From contig CAXXTH010000017.1 of NCBI GenBank assembly GCA_963668025.2, positions 1,248,001 through 1,312,000 on the forward strand: 64,000 bases of DNA, given 5' to 3'. The notes under the pieces were generated by a model. The model saw only the letters and a list, made by a program, of their open reading frames with translations. It was not told the DNA's origin and searched no databases. The translations under genes were made by a program, and so were the position numbers. Below, piece after piece: positions 18,021 through 28,330 of this stretch. This DNA is from Candidatus Hydrogenedentota bacterium. Lineage in GTDB: Bacteria > Hydrogenedentota > Hydrogenedentia > Hydrogenedentales > SLHB01. Each line of letters begins with the position of its first letter. Positions within the stretch are counted from its first letter, which is position 1.

Positions 18021-19547
18021 ATGGTGATTCCTGTGCAAAACTTCCTGATCCATTTTGACAACGTCACGCTGCGCGTGGACGGGCGCGATCGGTTTAAAGA
18101 TATCCAGTGGACGATTCGCCCCGGCGAACAATGGGCGGTTATCGGCCCAAATGGCTCTGGCAAAAGCACCTTGCTACGGGCGCTCTTGGGGCAGACGCCC
18201 GTGTCGGACGGCGAGATCCGGTATCAATTGCGTGGAAGCGATGAGGAGCCTGCATGGGATTATCCGGATGGGGCCATCGGCTACGTCTCGCAAGACGAAC
18301 ACCGCGCCCTGCTCCAATCCGTCCTGGCCTATCACCAAGCCCGATGGACTCCCGTGGACGACACGCCTCCCCTGCGCGTGCGTGACGTGATTTCGCAGCG
18401 ACAATATGATCTCGATGAACGCCAGCGCGGCATCCATGAATTACTCGGCATCACCCATCTGCTGGATCGGGGACTCGAAACTCTATCCAACGGTGAAATG
18501 CGCAAGACGCTTATCGCACGCGCCCTGGCTTCCTCTCCAAAAATTGTGCTGCTGGACGCACCTTATGCCGGATTGGACACAGGCGCACGGAAGCATCTAA
18601 AAATATTGCTTGGCCAGCTCATGCACGAAGGACTGAGCATCATCATGTCCGTGCAGCGTCCCGAGGAGCTGCCCCGCGCGGTGACGCATCTCATGTGCAT
18701 GGAAAACAATCGCATCGTGGTCCAAGGGCCTCGTAGGGCGATTATGAAAACCCCGGCCTTTCAACAATGGAAACAACCGCCAACATGCTGCGCCGACTTC
18801 TCCCATGCCACCGCTTTGTTCGACGCCAAGCGTGCTGCAAACAGCAGCAATACCCCTTTGGTCGAGATCAAAAACGCCTCCGTGGCGTACGATGAAGCCC
18901 AAATCCTGTCCAACGTGAGCTGGGAGATCCGACCTGGCGAGAAATGGGTATTGCGCGGTCCAAACGGCTCCGGCAAGAGCACCTTAGCCAGTTTAATCCT
19001 CGGCGACAATCCCCAGGCCTATTCCAACCATGTCCGCGTCTTCGGCTTTTTGCGGGGCCACGGCGAAAGCCTGTGGGAGATCAAAGAGCGGCTCGGATGG
19101 ATCTCGCCCGAACTGCATTATCAATGCGGCCACATGGCCACTTGCCGCGAGATCGTTTGTTCCGGGCTTTACGACACCATGGGCGTCTATCAGGATGGCT
19201 CCGCCCGCGAAGCGCGCCAAGTGCAACGGTGGATGCGCGCCTTGGACATTCATCGCTGGCGCGATGAATATTTCGGGGCCCTTTCAGACGGCCAGCAGCG
19301 CCTCGTATTAATGGCGCGCGCCCTCGTGAAAGAGCCCCCGTTGCTTATTCTAGACGAGCCCTGCCAAGGGCTGGATATCACCCACCGGCAAATCATGCTC
19401 GCATTGCTCGATGCATTGGCCCGGCAGCCTGCCACGGCCATCATCTATATCACCCATCACACCAGCGAGATCCCCGGCTCCTTCACCCACGAACTCTATC
19501 TGAACGCGGGCCGGGTGCTCCGGCAAAAACGCAGGACGCTCGCCTGA
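18021..19547 (+). CDS. modF: ModF-like duplicated ABC ATPase
   Basis: Two GPNGSGKS Walker A motifs, LSNGEMRK, GDNPQAYSN, GESLWEIKERLGWISPELH, DEPCQGLD. Confidence 0.85.
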   Translation: MVIPVQNFLIHFDNVTLRVDGRDRFKDIQWTIRPGEQWAVIGPNGSGKSTLLRALLGQTPVSDGEIRYQLRGSDEEPAWDYPDGAIGYVSQDEHRALLQSVLAYHQARWTPVDDTPPLRVRDVISQRQYDLDERQRGIHELLGITHLLDRGLETLSNGEMRKTLIARALASSPKIVLLDAPYAGLDTGARKHLKILLGQLMHEGLSIIMSVQRPEELPRAVTHLMCMENNRIVVQGPRRAIMKTPAFQQWKQPPTCCADFSHATALFDAKRAANSSNTPLVEIKNASVAYDEAQILSNVSWEIRPGEKWVLRGPNGSGKSTLASLILGDNPQAYSNHVRVFGFLRGHGESLWEIKERLGWISPELHYQCGHMATCREIVCSGLYDTMGVYQDGSAREARQVQRWMRALDIHRWRDEYFGALSDGQQRLVLMARALVKEPPLLILDEPCQGLDITHRQIMLALLDALARQPATAIIYITHHTSEIPGSFTHELYLNAGRVLRQKRRTLA

Positions 19548-19553
19548 ATCCGC

Positions 19554-22334
19554 CTACTCCCACTCAAACAATACGGTCGTCAGGCCATACGGCGGAACGG
19601 CCACCGGAATACCGCCGTCCGCATCCAAGGCAATCGGCTCGATGGGCGTCTCGGCTAAGTTACAGCGCTGGGCGGAAACGATCCGGCTTTCAAAATGCAC
19701 CGTATCCCGCGCTTCCTCTCCGCCAGGATTCCACAAACGGATGCAACCGTGCCGCAAGGGCTGCGTGGGATCATACCCTTCCGCAGGCTTGAGCGCCGTC
19801 ACAATAGCGGAATTCTTTTCCAGCCGGACAAACGAACAGGTCGCGGGAACCTCTTCCGTTAGATGGCTCCGCACGCCCGCCTGGGCCACCGCCACGTGGT
19901 GCAATGCATCCACGGCGTCAAACGCGCCCCCAAAGGGATACAGCATGTACTCGAACGTGAGGTCGCCTTGCAACTCGCCATCCGGTTCGCCGCCCGTCAT
20001 GACCGTCTTGTAGGTCGAACGGAACAACGTCAGCGCCAGCGCGCCGCGCGGCTGCTCCATCACTTCATATTCATGCATCCCCGCTGGCGACAGCACCGCC
20101 AGTCCGCCTGCGTTGTCCTGAACGCCAAAGAAGGACGTATACGCCTTCTCCGGGTTGACCCGTTCGTACCACTGGGCCGATTCCGCCGGAATGGCCACAT
20201 CGCGTTCCACCACGGCAAAAGGCGTTTCCGCAAAGGACTTCTCGGCGGCGATGCCCGTCGGGAACACCACGCGGAGCCGGTGATCTTTGATATTGTTATG
20301 GACGGTCGTGCGTACCCGCACATACGGTGCGTGTTTCTCCACATAGATCAGGTCTTCCACCCGTAAAATCGCGTGCTCGCTGGAACGCTGCTGCGTGTCG
20401 CGAGCGACATGGGAGGGCAAATCAAACTCACGCTCCACGCGAAACACCGTGCGCAAGGAGCCATCCTCGTCCACTGATGTGCTCACCCGCGCACCCGGCG
20501 TGCGATACGCCACATCTTTGACCGCCCGGCCCAGTGTCCATCCGTCACCTACATCCGCACCATCTTCGTAGCAGAATAAACCATCAAATGCCTGGCCTGT
20601 GGCCTTGTTTGTCAGGCATGCACTGCCATCCGTATGCAGCTCGAACGCAACCGACTCATTCGCCGCGCTCAACAAGCCCGTGCGCAGTGTGCCGAAATTA
20701 CGTATAGCCTCTGTCGAATGCTCGACGCGGAAACCGGTATACCCGCAAGATGGCAGTTCCATCTCCACCGCCAAGTGGTAAATATCACCGCTGGCATACT
20801 GCCGGCGGCCCGTGTCGTTCAACTGCTTCAACACGTCGTTACGCTCGATGCTGCTCAATTGGAACGGCATCACTTTACCTTCGGCGTCCACCAGCTTGAA
20901 CAGATTGACCGATTCTCCGCTCGATAACCCATCGATAAATCTATCTTTCCAGTCGCCGGGGAAAAGCACATCCAGCTCGATGATCCCCTTGCGGGCAAAT
21001 GGCAGCGGTTGATGCACCACCACTCCAGATAGCTTGGACACATCCGCTTGGGGATTGCTCATACCCGCTATGGCCCGGCGGACCAGCCCGTCCGCCAGCA
21101 TCCGGCTCTGGTCGAAGCGATACATCATGTCCCGGTGGACCTGATCAATACTGCACCCGCAAATCGAATCATGCGGATGATTCTTAACCAGATACTCCCA
21201 CGAATGCTCCAGGTAGCTCAGGACCGGCTTCCCACCCGCCATGGCATGGAACAGCGCATACGGCTCCGCCCACTTCTCCAACAGCGCCGTGCATTGGTCG
21301 TTTTGCTGTTTCACCGGATACCGCGACGAAATCGTGTGAACGATCAAATACTGGCACGTGGCATCACGGTCACGGCGTACTTCGCGCAACTCGCCTTTCC
21401 GCTCGGGCAACGCATCTACCTGGGCCGATATGGCATCGCCATACTCCTCGAGTGTGCCCCACTTGAAATCCACATCCGGATTATTCGTGGCGATTTGCTT
21501 GGCCAGTTCCATCATCATCTCTGTAGGCTCTTGATGATCTTGTCCATCTAGCATCAAGGCCATCGAGATAGGAGAACGCCCCAGTTCCGAGTGCATGCTA
21601 TTCGCGACTGATTGCAACGCTTCCTCGTCTAGAGCTCCCGAATTCCCCAGCCGCTGACGCGCCGCATAAAATGGCCACCCATACGACATCTGGTCCGCCA
21701 ATTTATGCGTCGCCATCTTCGAGCCATCTGGCCCCACCCATGCATATTGGGTGGGATACTGCGAATCCTCGGTTCCACGCCACACGACGCCCGCCGGAAT
21801 GCCCATCCCTGTCATAATCATCGGCAGCGCGGCGATGTGGCCAAACTGGTCCGGCGTATACGCGAAACGCAACGGCTCGAAACCCAATTCCTGGCACGTG
21901 CGCCGTCCAAGTTGGATGTTGCGGATAAAGCTCTCCCCCGAGATCAGCCATTCATCCGGCAGATCAAACCACGGCCCCGCAAGGATGCGCCTCTCTTTCA
22001 GCAATTTGACCAACCGCTCTTTGTTTTCTGGCCGAATCTCCAGATAATCCTTGAGCACCACGGCCTGGCCATCCAGATGAAAATAACGAAACTCCGGATA
22101 GGTCTCCATAAGTCCAAGCAGCCGGTCAATCATCTCGACCAGCCACATGCGGTATTCCTGGTATGGTTCGTACCATTCACGATCCCAGTGGCTTGACGTG
22201 CAATAAAACACTTTCGATTTCACGGGAGTACCTTTCATGTCCTGCTGTATCTCATTTTCCGCCTGGCCCAGTGAAGCAATGAATATGCCGCCCGCCAGGA
22301 ACAGCGCGCCCACGATAAACTTCTTGCCGAACAT
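19554..22334 (-). CDS. GH38 alpha-mannosidase family protein with signal peptide
   Basis: SHWDREWY, FHLDGQ, DEWLISGESFIRN, PDQFGH, NHPHDSICGCS. Confidence 0.92.
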   Translation of the reverse strand: MFGKKFIVGALFLAGGIFIASLGQAENEIQQDMKGTPVKSKVFYCTSSHWDREWYEPYQEYRMWLVEMIDRLLGLMETYPEFRYFHLDGQAVVLKDYLEIRPENKERLVKLLKERRILAGPWFDLPDEWLISGESFIRNIQLGRRTCQELGFEPLRFAYTPDQFGHIAALPMIMTGMGIPAGVVWRGTEDSQYPTQYAWVGPDGSKMATHKLADQMSYGWPFYAARQRLGNSGALDEEALQSVANSMHSELGRSPISMALMLDGQDHQEPTEMMMELAKQIATNNPDVDFKWGTLEEYGDAISAQVDALPERKGELREVRRDRDATCQYLIVHTISSRYPVKQQNDQCTALLEKWAEPYALFHAMAGGKPVLSYLEHSWEYLVKNHPHDSICGCSIDQVHRDMMYRFDQSRMLADGLVRRAIAGMSNPQADVSKLSGVVVHQPLPFARKGIIELDVLFPGDWKDRFIDGLSSGESVNLFKLVDAEGKVMPFQLSSIERNDVLKQLNDTGRRQYASGDIYHLAVEMELPSCGYTGFRVEHSTEAIRNFGTLRTGLLSAANESVAFELHTDGSACLTNKATGQAFDGLFCYEDGADVGDGWTLGRAVKDVAYRTPGARVSTSVDEDGSLRTVFRVEREFDLPSHVARDTQQRSSEHAILRVEDLIYVEKHAPYVRVRTTVHNNIKDHRLRVVFPTGIAAEKSFAETPFAVVERDVAIPAESAQWYERVNPEKAYTSFFGVQDNAGGLAVLSPAGMHEYEVMEQPRGALALTLFRSTYKTVMTGGEPDGELQGDLTFEYMLYPFGGAFDAVDALHHVAVAQAGVRSHLTEEVPATCSFVRLEKNSAIVTALKPAEGYDPTQPLRHGCIRLWNPGGEEARDTVHFESRIVSAQRCNLAETPIEPIALDADGGIPVAVPPYGLTTVLFEWE

Positions 22335-22847
22335 CAAACAACCCTCCTTTTCCCAGTGCTCAGTTTCTTGCTATACCCTCCCTGCGGCATTTGGATAAAA
22401 GCCATGAAAAAAAGACATCAAACGAACGGCTCCAGCACATAAACTCTATCGATACACTATTCGACGAATTAATGCAAATTCTCAAAATCACTCTTCAGGC
22501 AATAGAGCCTAATACTTCAAAAACATTCATATTGCGTAAGCATGAATCGCTTTAAAACCAAGCCCATCCGATTAAAATAGCGGAATTATTCAATGTTTAC
22601 AGGATTCTAGATGGCTCATGCGTCCGCACGCATGAGTGTCAATCCTATAAAAATCCCCTTCGTTCAACATGTATGCCCTTCTACATAAACTGTCCTAGCC
22701 ATCTTTTTGTAAATAGAGCCCAGTCCATCTCAAAATGGATTGTAGGAGCATTCTGATTGGCCATCTTGTGAATCAGGCCTGTAAAAACACCTCTAGATGG
22801 CATGATTCTCTACCAGCCCTCGTCCCCAAACCGCGGCCCATCCGAAT

Positions 22848-22876
22848 TTGCATTTGCCTTATAATGGTGGTAGATT
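22848..22876 (+). promoter_or_regulatory. Putative sigma70 promoter upstream of the FmdB-like gene and argD-argF
   Basis: TTGCAT-17-TAGATT with an extended -10 TG. Confidence 0.45.
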
Positions 22877-22950
22877 ATCCGTTTTCTTGAAAAATGCATT
22901 TTCCGCCAAACAGCATGAGTCTGTTAGGTGCGCTGTAAGGAGTCTGCACC

Positions 22951-23286
22951 ATGCCTACCTATACTTATAGGTGCAAAAAATGCCAGCACGAGATGGATGT
23001 GTTTCATTCCATTAACGCGGAGCCTGAAATTCGCTGCGAAGCTTGCGGCAGCACCCACATGGATCGCCTCATCGGAACGGGCTCCGGGATCATTTTTAAA
23101 GGTTCTGGATTCTACGAGACCGATTATAAGAAAGACGGCAAAAGCGCCTCGAAAAGAGATTCGAAGTCGCATGCAAGCGGGGAATCCAAGTCCGAAACCA
23201 AATCGGAATCCAAAACCGAATCCAAGCCGGATTCGAGTTCGAGTAGTGATTCGGGCGCCGCAGCCAGTTCAACCAGCGCCGCCTAA
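22951..23286 (+). CDS. FmdB-family zinc ribbon protein
   Basis: MPTYTYRCKKC..CEACG..IFKGSGFYETDY plus low-complexity Ser/Lys tail. Confidence 0.9.
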   Translation: MPTYTYRCKKCQHEMDVFHSINAEPEIRCEACGSTHMDRLIGTGSGIIFKGSGFYETDYKKDGKSASKRDSKSHASGESKSETKSESKTESKPDSSSSSDSGAAASSTSAA

Positions 23287-23405
23287 CCGCCTGCACATTT
23301 TCATATGCCGATCCGGTGTGGAGGAGCTTTGTTTCATGAGAAAATGCGCATAAGGCCAAGGATAGGTATTCCTATCGGCTATACACAAAAGGAGGGGCCC
23401 CTTGG

Positions 23406-24593
23406 ATGAACACCAGCGAAATTAAATCACTCCATGACAAATACATCATCAACAGCTACGGCGAACGGAAGCTGGCGCTCGTGCGCGGCGAAGGCATGCG
23501 CTTGTGGGACGCGGAAGGGCGCGAGTACCTCGATTGCTTCGCGGGTATTGCCGTAGTCGCCCTGGGACATTGCCATCCCGAAGTCACGGCGGCTATTTGC
23601 GAACAAGCCAAGACGCTTGTGCATGTCTCGAATCTATACTTCATCGAGCCGCAAGTGCGCCTGGCGGAATTGTTAAGCCAGCATTCGTTCGCGGCTCGCT
23701 GGTTTTTCTGCAATTGCGGCGCAACGGCCAACGAAAGCGCCATCAAACTGGCCCGGCGGTATTGGGTGCAAAAGGGCGCGCCCAAACCCGGCTTGATCAC
23801 CGCCTTGCATTCATTCCATGGCCGCACCCTGGCCACGATCACCGCCACCGGCCAAACCAAATACCAGCAAGGCTTCGAACCACTTATGCCGGGTGTCTCG
23901 TATGTGCCCTATGATGATATCGAAGCGCTCGAAAAAGCCATCACACCCGAAACAGGCGCGATCCTTCTCGAACCCATCCAGGGCGAAGGCGGCGTGCGCA
24001 TGCCTTCGGATGGTTATCTGCCCGCCGTGCGAAAACTCTGCAACGAGCGCGGCGTGCTGTTGATCTTGGATGAAGTGCAGACCGGCTTAGGCCGCACGGG
24101 CCGCCTGTTCGCCCATGAACACGCGGGCATCACGCCGGACATCGTCACCGTAGCCAAGGCCCTGGGCAATGGCGTGCCCATCGGGGCCATGGGATGCACG
24201 GAAGAAGTGGCCCAAGGTTTTTCGCCCGGGACGCACGCCTCGACATTCGGCGGCAATCCCTTATGCTGCGCCGCCGCGCTGGCGACAGTTAAGATCCTGA
24301 CCCGGCCCGGTTTCCTCGATAATGTCGCCAAGATGGGCGCGTATTTTGTCGAAAGCCTGCGCGGACTCCAAGCAAAACATGCCTGTGTGGTGGACGTGCG
24401 TGGGCGCGGCCTTATGATTGGCGTGGAACTGAATTACGACGTGAAACCTGTAGTGGAACGTCTTCTCGACAAAGGAATCATCTGCGGCCCAGCGGGGCCG
24501 CGTGTCCTGCGGTTTGTGCCGCCCCTCATCATCGAACAAACACATATTGACCGCGTAGTGTCCGCACTCGATTCGGCATTGGGAGAGACATGA
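23406..24593 (+). CDS. argD: Acetylornithine aminotransferase
   Basis: FHGRT, EPIQGEGG, DEVQTGLGRTG, AKALGNG, HASTFGGNP; upstream of argF. Confidence 0.93.
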   Translation: MNTSEIKSLHDKYIINSYGERKLALVRGEGMRLWDAEGREYLDCFAGIAVVALGHCHPEVTAAICEQAKTLVHVSNLYFIEPQVRLAELLSQHSFAARWFFCNCGATANESAIKLARRYWVQKGAPKPGLITALHSFHGRTLATITATGQTKYQQGFEPLMPGVSYVPYDDIEALEKAITPETGAILLEPIQGEGGVRMPSDGYLPAVRKLCNERGVLLILDEVQTGLGRTGRLFAHEHAGITPDIVTVAKALGNGVPIGAMGCTEEVAQGFSPGTHASTFGGNPLCCAAALATVKILTRPGFLDNVAKMGAYFVESLRGLQAKHACVVDVRGRGLMIGVELNYDVKPVVERLLDKGIICGPAGPRVLRFVPPLIIEQTHIDRVVSALDSALGET

Positions 24594-25495
24594 TGTTAAC
24601 AGACCTGATTTCGCTGGCCGACCTTACTACGGACGAGATCCTGGGCCTCTTGGAACAAGCGGACCACCTGAAACAGCTTCAGCATGACCGCAGGCCCTAC
24701 CGCCCCCTCGAGGGCAAGACCCTCGCCATGATCTTCGAGAAGCCGAGCCTGCGAACGCGGGTCACCTTTGAAACCGGCATGTTCCAATTAGGCGGCCATT
24801 CCATCCTCATGGAAATGTCGCTGGGCGAACGCGAGTCCGTGCCCGATGTGGCGCGCAATCTCGAACGCTGGGTCGATGGCATCATGGCGCGCACATTCAG
24901 CCATGAAGCGGTCATCGAGATGGCGGAAAACGCCTCCGTTCCTGTCATCAACGCCCTGACCGACAAACTGCACCCGTGCCAGATCCTCGCCGATGCACAG
25001 GCCCTGCGCGAACATAAGGGCAAACTCGATGGCCTCAAACTCGCCTTTGTGGGCGACGGCAATAATGTGTGCGCCTCCTGGTTCCACTTCGCCGCGCGCG
25101 TGCCCCTTAGCGTGACCCTTGTTTGCCCTCCGGGCTACGAAGCGGACCCCGAGATCACGGCGTTCGCGCAATCGCAAGCCAAAGGCGCGGTCGTGGTGAC
25201 CAATGATATCGAGGCCGGGCTTAAAGACGCCGACGCCGTCTATACGGATGTGTGGGCCAGCATGGGCCAGGAAGAGGAATCCGCCGAACGCGCCCGCGTG
25301 TTCCAGCCATACCAAGTGAACGCCAAACTCATGTCCCTCGCCAAGAAGGATGCGATTTTCATGCATTGCTTGCCCGCCAAGCGCGGCCTCGAGGTGACGG
25401 ACGAAGTGCTAGACAGCCCGCAGTCCATCGTGTTCGATCAAGCCGAAAACCGCCTGCACGCCCAAAAAGCCGTGCTGGTGGCGCTGATGGGGTAG
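24590..25495 (+). CDS. argF: Ornithine carbamoyltransferase
   Basis: SLRTRVTFE, HPCQILAD, DVWASMGQE, HCLP, QAENRLH. Confidence 0.95.
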   Translation: MMLTDLISLADLTTDEILGLLEQADHLKQLQHDRRPYRPLEGKTLAMIFEKPSLRTRVTFETGMFQLGGHSILMEMSLGERESVPDVARNLERWVDGIMARTFSHEAVIEMAENASVPVINALTDKLHPCQILADAQALREHKGKLDGLKLAFVGDGNNVCASWFHFAARVPLSVTLVCPPGYEADPEITAFAQSQAKGAVVVTNDIEAGLKDADAVYTDVWASMGQEEESAERARVFQPYQVNAKLMSLAKKDAIFMHCLPAKRGLEVTDEVLDSPQSIVFDQAENRLHAQKAVLVALMG

Positions 25496-25508
25496 CCATT
25501 GAAGAACG

Positions 25509-25633
25509 AACGCAGAGGCGCGGAGAAGCAAAAAAACGTGAAAATGAGGTATTGTGGGTAGGATCACACGAATAGTCAATCATCTTGCATAAACCGGCTC
25601 TACGAAACTTCGCGTTCTCAGCGTCTTTGCGTT
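25509..25633. repeat. 9-nt periodic inverted repeat pair
   Basis: AACGCAGAGGCGCGGAGAAGC.. vs ..CTTCGCGTTCTCAGCGTCTTTGCGTT; related to 2099-2253. Confidence 0.6.
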
Positions 25634-25702
25634 TAGAAAGAATGCAACTTCACGTATACTATAGAGAAACGACAACAAACAATCGTGGAGGGCTTACTAC
25701 AT

Positions 25703-26173
25703 ATGGACGGCAAAATCGTAGCGGACAATATGCGGCGGGAGAAGAAGTGTTTGCTGAACGTGCTGAGCGGCTTCAAGCCCGAGCATGGCGAGTTCATCCC
25801 GGAAGAGGGCATGATGAGCGTGGCGCAGCAAATCCGCCACATCGCGTTCACGGTGAAATGGTTCCGCGAAGGCGCGTTTGGCGCGGGCTTCAATATGGAT
25901 TTCGAAGCGCTCGAAGCGGAGAACCGAAAAGAGATCTCGCTCGCGGATGCCTTGGCGGAGGTGGCGCGCGAGTATGATGAATTCGCGGCTTATGTTGAAC
26001 CGATGAGCGAAACGGAGCTAATGCAGCCGTTCCCGCCCAATCCTGTTTTCGGCGAAATTCCCCGCATCGCGGTGTTCAGCGCGCAGATGGACCATACGGC
26101 GCACCATCGCGGCTCGCTGGCGGTGTATTTGCGCCTGCTAGGCATCACGCCGAAAATGCCCTATACAAAGTAA
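25703..26173 (+). CDS. DinB-family protein
   Basis: MSVAQQIRHIA, DHTAHHRGSLAVYLRLLGI. Confidence 0.85.
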   Translation: MDGKIVADNMRREKKCLLNVLSGFKPEHGEFIPEEGMMSVAQQIRHIAFTVKWFREGAFGAGFNMDFEALEAENRKEISLADALAEVAREYDEFAAYVEPMSETELMQPFPPNPVFGEIPRIAVFSAQMDHTAHHRGSLAVYLRLLGITPKMPYTK

Positions 26174-26230
26174 TAACAGATGGAGATCGCTCCACCTAAA
26201 CGATTTTTATCTCCATTAATGCAAGAGCCT

Positions 26231-26315
26231 TTTTAGACATGATTTACAAGATGAACAAGATTGGGCGAGATCGCCATCAGAAAATCTTGTATAATCATGT
26301 AAATCATGTCAAAAA
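26231..26315. repeat. 9-nt periodic inverted repeat pair
   Basis: GACATGATTTACAAGATGAACAAGATT vs AATCTTGTATAATCATGTAAATCATGTC. Confidence 0.7.
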
Positions 26316-26373
26316 AATCATCCACTTTGGTTAAAATATTGCCTATTTCCACTGGCATGAAAAGGAACTGGTC

Positions 26374-27591
26374 ATGGCGAATGTAAAGAAAATCGTGCTG
26401 GCGTATTCGGGCGGCTTGGATACGTCCATCATCTTAAAATGGCTCCAAGAGACCTATAAAGCCGATGTGGTGGCCTTCGTGGCCGATGTCGGCCAAAAGG
26501 AAGAAACGGAGCCTGCGCGGCAAAAGGCCATCGACACCGGTGCGTGCGCCGTGTATGTCGAAGACCTGCGCGAAGAATTCGCCCGCGATTACGTGTTCCC
26601 CGCTCTGCGCGCCAACGCCATCTATGAAGGCACGTATCTCCTCGGCACGAGTGTCGCCCGGCCCCTCATTGCCAAGGCCCAAATCGACGTGCTCCGCAAG
26701 GAAAACGCCGATGCCGTCTCTCACGGGGCCACCGGCAAAGGCAACGACCAGGTGCGTTTCGAGCTGGCGTATTATGCCCTCGAACCGAATGTCACCATCA
26801 TCGCCCCGTGGCGTGATCCCAAGTGGAATATGCGCGGCCGTATGGACATGATCGCATATGCCGAGAAACATGGCATTCCGGTCCCCGTGACGCAAAAGAA
26901 ACCGTACAGCATGGACCGCAACCTGCTGCATATTTCGTACGAAGGCGGCATCCTCGAGGACCCCTGGGCCGAACCGCCCGAGGATATGTTCGTCCTCACG
27001 GTGGACCCGCGCAAGGCCCCCGATACGCCCACATACATCGAGATCGACTTCGAGGAAGGCACGCCCGTGGCGGTGGACGGCAAGCGCCTCTCGCCCGCGA
27101 ACCTCATGGACACCCTCAACACCCTCGCGGGTGCGAATGGCGTTGGCCGGGTGGACATGGTCGAGAACCGCTTTGTGGGCATGAAATCGCGCGGCGTCTA
27201 CGAGACGCCCGGCGGCACGATCCTGTATAAGGCCCACCGCGCCGTCGAATCCATCACCATGGACCGCGAAGTCATGCTGGCGCGCGACCAGATGTCCCCG
27301 AAGATCGCCCAGCTCATGTACAACGGATTCTGGTTCTCGCCCGAGATGAAGCTCATGATGGACTTCGTCAATTCGACCCAGGAGAACGTGACGGGCACGG
27401 CGCGCGTGCGGCTCTACAAGGGCAACTGCGATGTCGTGGGCCGCAAAGCGCCGAAGTCGCTGTACGACCCAAAGGTCAGTTCGTTCGAGGAAGACGAAGG
27501 CGCGTACCAGCAATCAGATGCGGGCGCGTTCATCAAGCTCAACGCTCTCCGCTTGCGCGTGCGCAATAAAGCGGGGCTGCTGGATCTCTAA
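26374..27591 (+). CDS. argG: Argininosuccinate synthase
   Basis: [34 protein letters not shown]. Confidence 0.97.
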   Translation: MANVKKIVLAYSGGLDTSIILKWLQETYKADVVAFVADVGQKEETEPARQKAIDTGACAVYVEDLREEFARDYVFPALRANAIYEGTYLLGTSVARPLIAKAQIDVLRKENADAVSHGATGKGNDQVRFELAYYALEPNVTIIAPWRDPKWNMRGRMDMIAYAEKHGIPVPVTQKKPYSMDRNLLHISYEGGILEDPWAEPPEDMFVLTVDPRKAPDTPTYIEIDFEEGTPVAVDGKRLSPANLMDTLNTLAGANGVGRVDMVENRFVGMKSRGVYETPGGTILYKAHRAVESITMDREVMLARDQMSPKIAQLMYNGFWFSPEMKLMMDFVNSTQENVTGTARVRLYKGNCDVVGRKAPKSLYDPKVSSFEEDEGAYQQSDAGAFIKLNALRLRVRNKAGLLDL

Positions 27592-27599
27592 AATAACGA

Positions 27600-27638
27600 A
27601 CTGGGGAAGCCTCTCTTGTGAGAAGAGGCTTCCCCAGT
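27600..27638. terminator. Hairpin between convergent argG and fabA (GGGGAA-hairpin family)
   Basis: CTGGGGAAGCCTCT/AGAGGCTTCCCCAG 14-bp stem. Confidence 0.6.
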
Positions 27639-27685
27639 GTATTTCCACCGCTGTTCATCGCCACGAGATGATGTCTTTTCCTTCG

Positions 27686-28204
27686 TTATCCTTTGGCGCT
27701 GTTTGGAAACAAGCCTACCTGCAATCCCTTTACATAATAAATGTCGTGCCCATCCACCGAAACCGTGCCATCCGCGATGGCCATGGTGATCGGTTTGGTG
27801 CGGGTTCGGGTAAAGTCAAGACGGTAGCTGACCGTTTTAGCGCCGGGTAATATCTCGCCGCGAAATTGGGCTTCTTTCAGGCCTAATGCCCGGGCTTTGC
27901 CCATATGCCCAGTCCATGCCAGGTAAAAACCCACCAATTGGAGCAAGGCCTCTATGCCAAGCGTGCCCGGCATGATCGGATCGCCCTTAAAATGGCATGC
28001 AAAAAACCACAGATCCGGGCGCACATCCAGCTCCGCGAGGATCTCCCCCTTTCCATGGGAGCCGCCATCGCCATCGATATGCACGATGCGATCAAACATT
28101 AGGAAAGGAGGGCAGGGAAGCAGCGCGCGGCCTGCATCAAATAACTGGCCTTCCGCGGCTTGAAGAATGTCTTCACGGGAGTATGCATTTCGATATTGTG
28201 TCAT
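27686..28204 (-). CDS. fabA: FabA-like 3-hydroxyacyl-ACP dehydratase
   Basis: LPCPPFLMFDRI, AELDVRPDLWFFACHFKGDPIMPG, QLVGFYLAW, GKARALG, GLQVGLF. Confidence 0.85.
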   Translation of the reverse strand: MTQYRNAYSREDILQAAEGQLFDAGRALLPCPPFLMFDRIVHIDGDGGSHGKGEILAELDVRPDLWFFACHFKGDPIMPGTLGIEALLQLVGFYLAWTGHMGKARALGLKEAQFRGEILPGAKTVSYRLDFTRTRTKPITMAIADGTVSVDGHDIYYVKGLQVGLFPNSAKG

Positions 28205-28285
28205 GGGTCGTCTCCACCGTCTTGGACGGGCCTGTTGTCGGGCGTCCCCGGCGGGCGGCCCATTACAAGCGATTCCATTCTGAAT

Positions 28286-28319
28286 AAAAAAGCCGGAAGA
28301 CTCGCATGTCTTCCGGCTT
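28286..28319 (-). terminator. Intrinsic terminator after ppiD
   Basis: AGCCGGAAGAC/GTCTTCCGGCT stem followed by a T-run on the minus strand. Confidence 0.75.
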
Positions 28320-28330
28320 CTTCTTGCGAA

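Noticed and set aside
23290-23360. ARG boxes upstream of argD
   Set aside because: Only a weak resemblance to TGAAT-N4-ATTCA; not supportable
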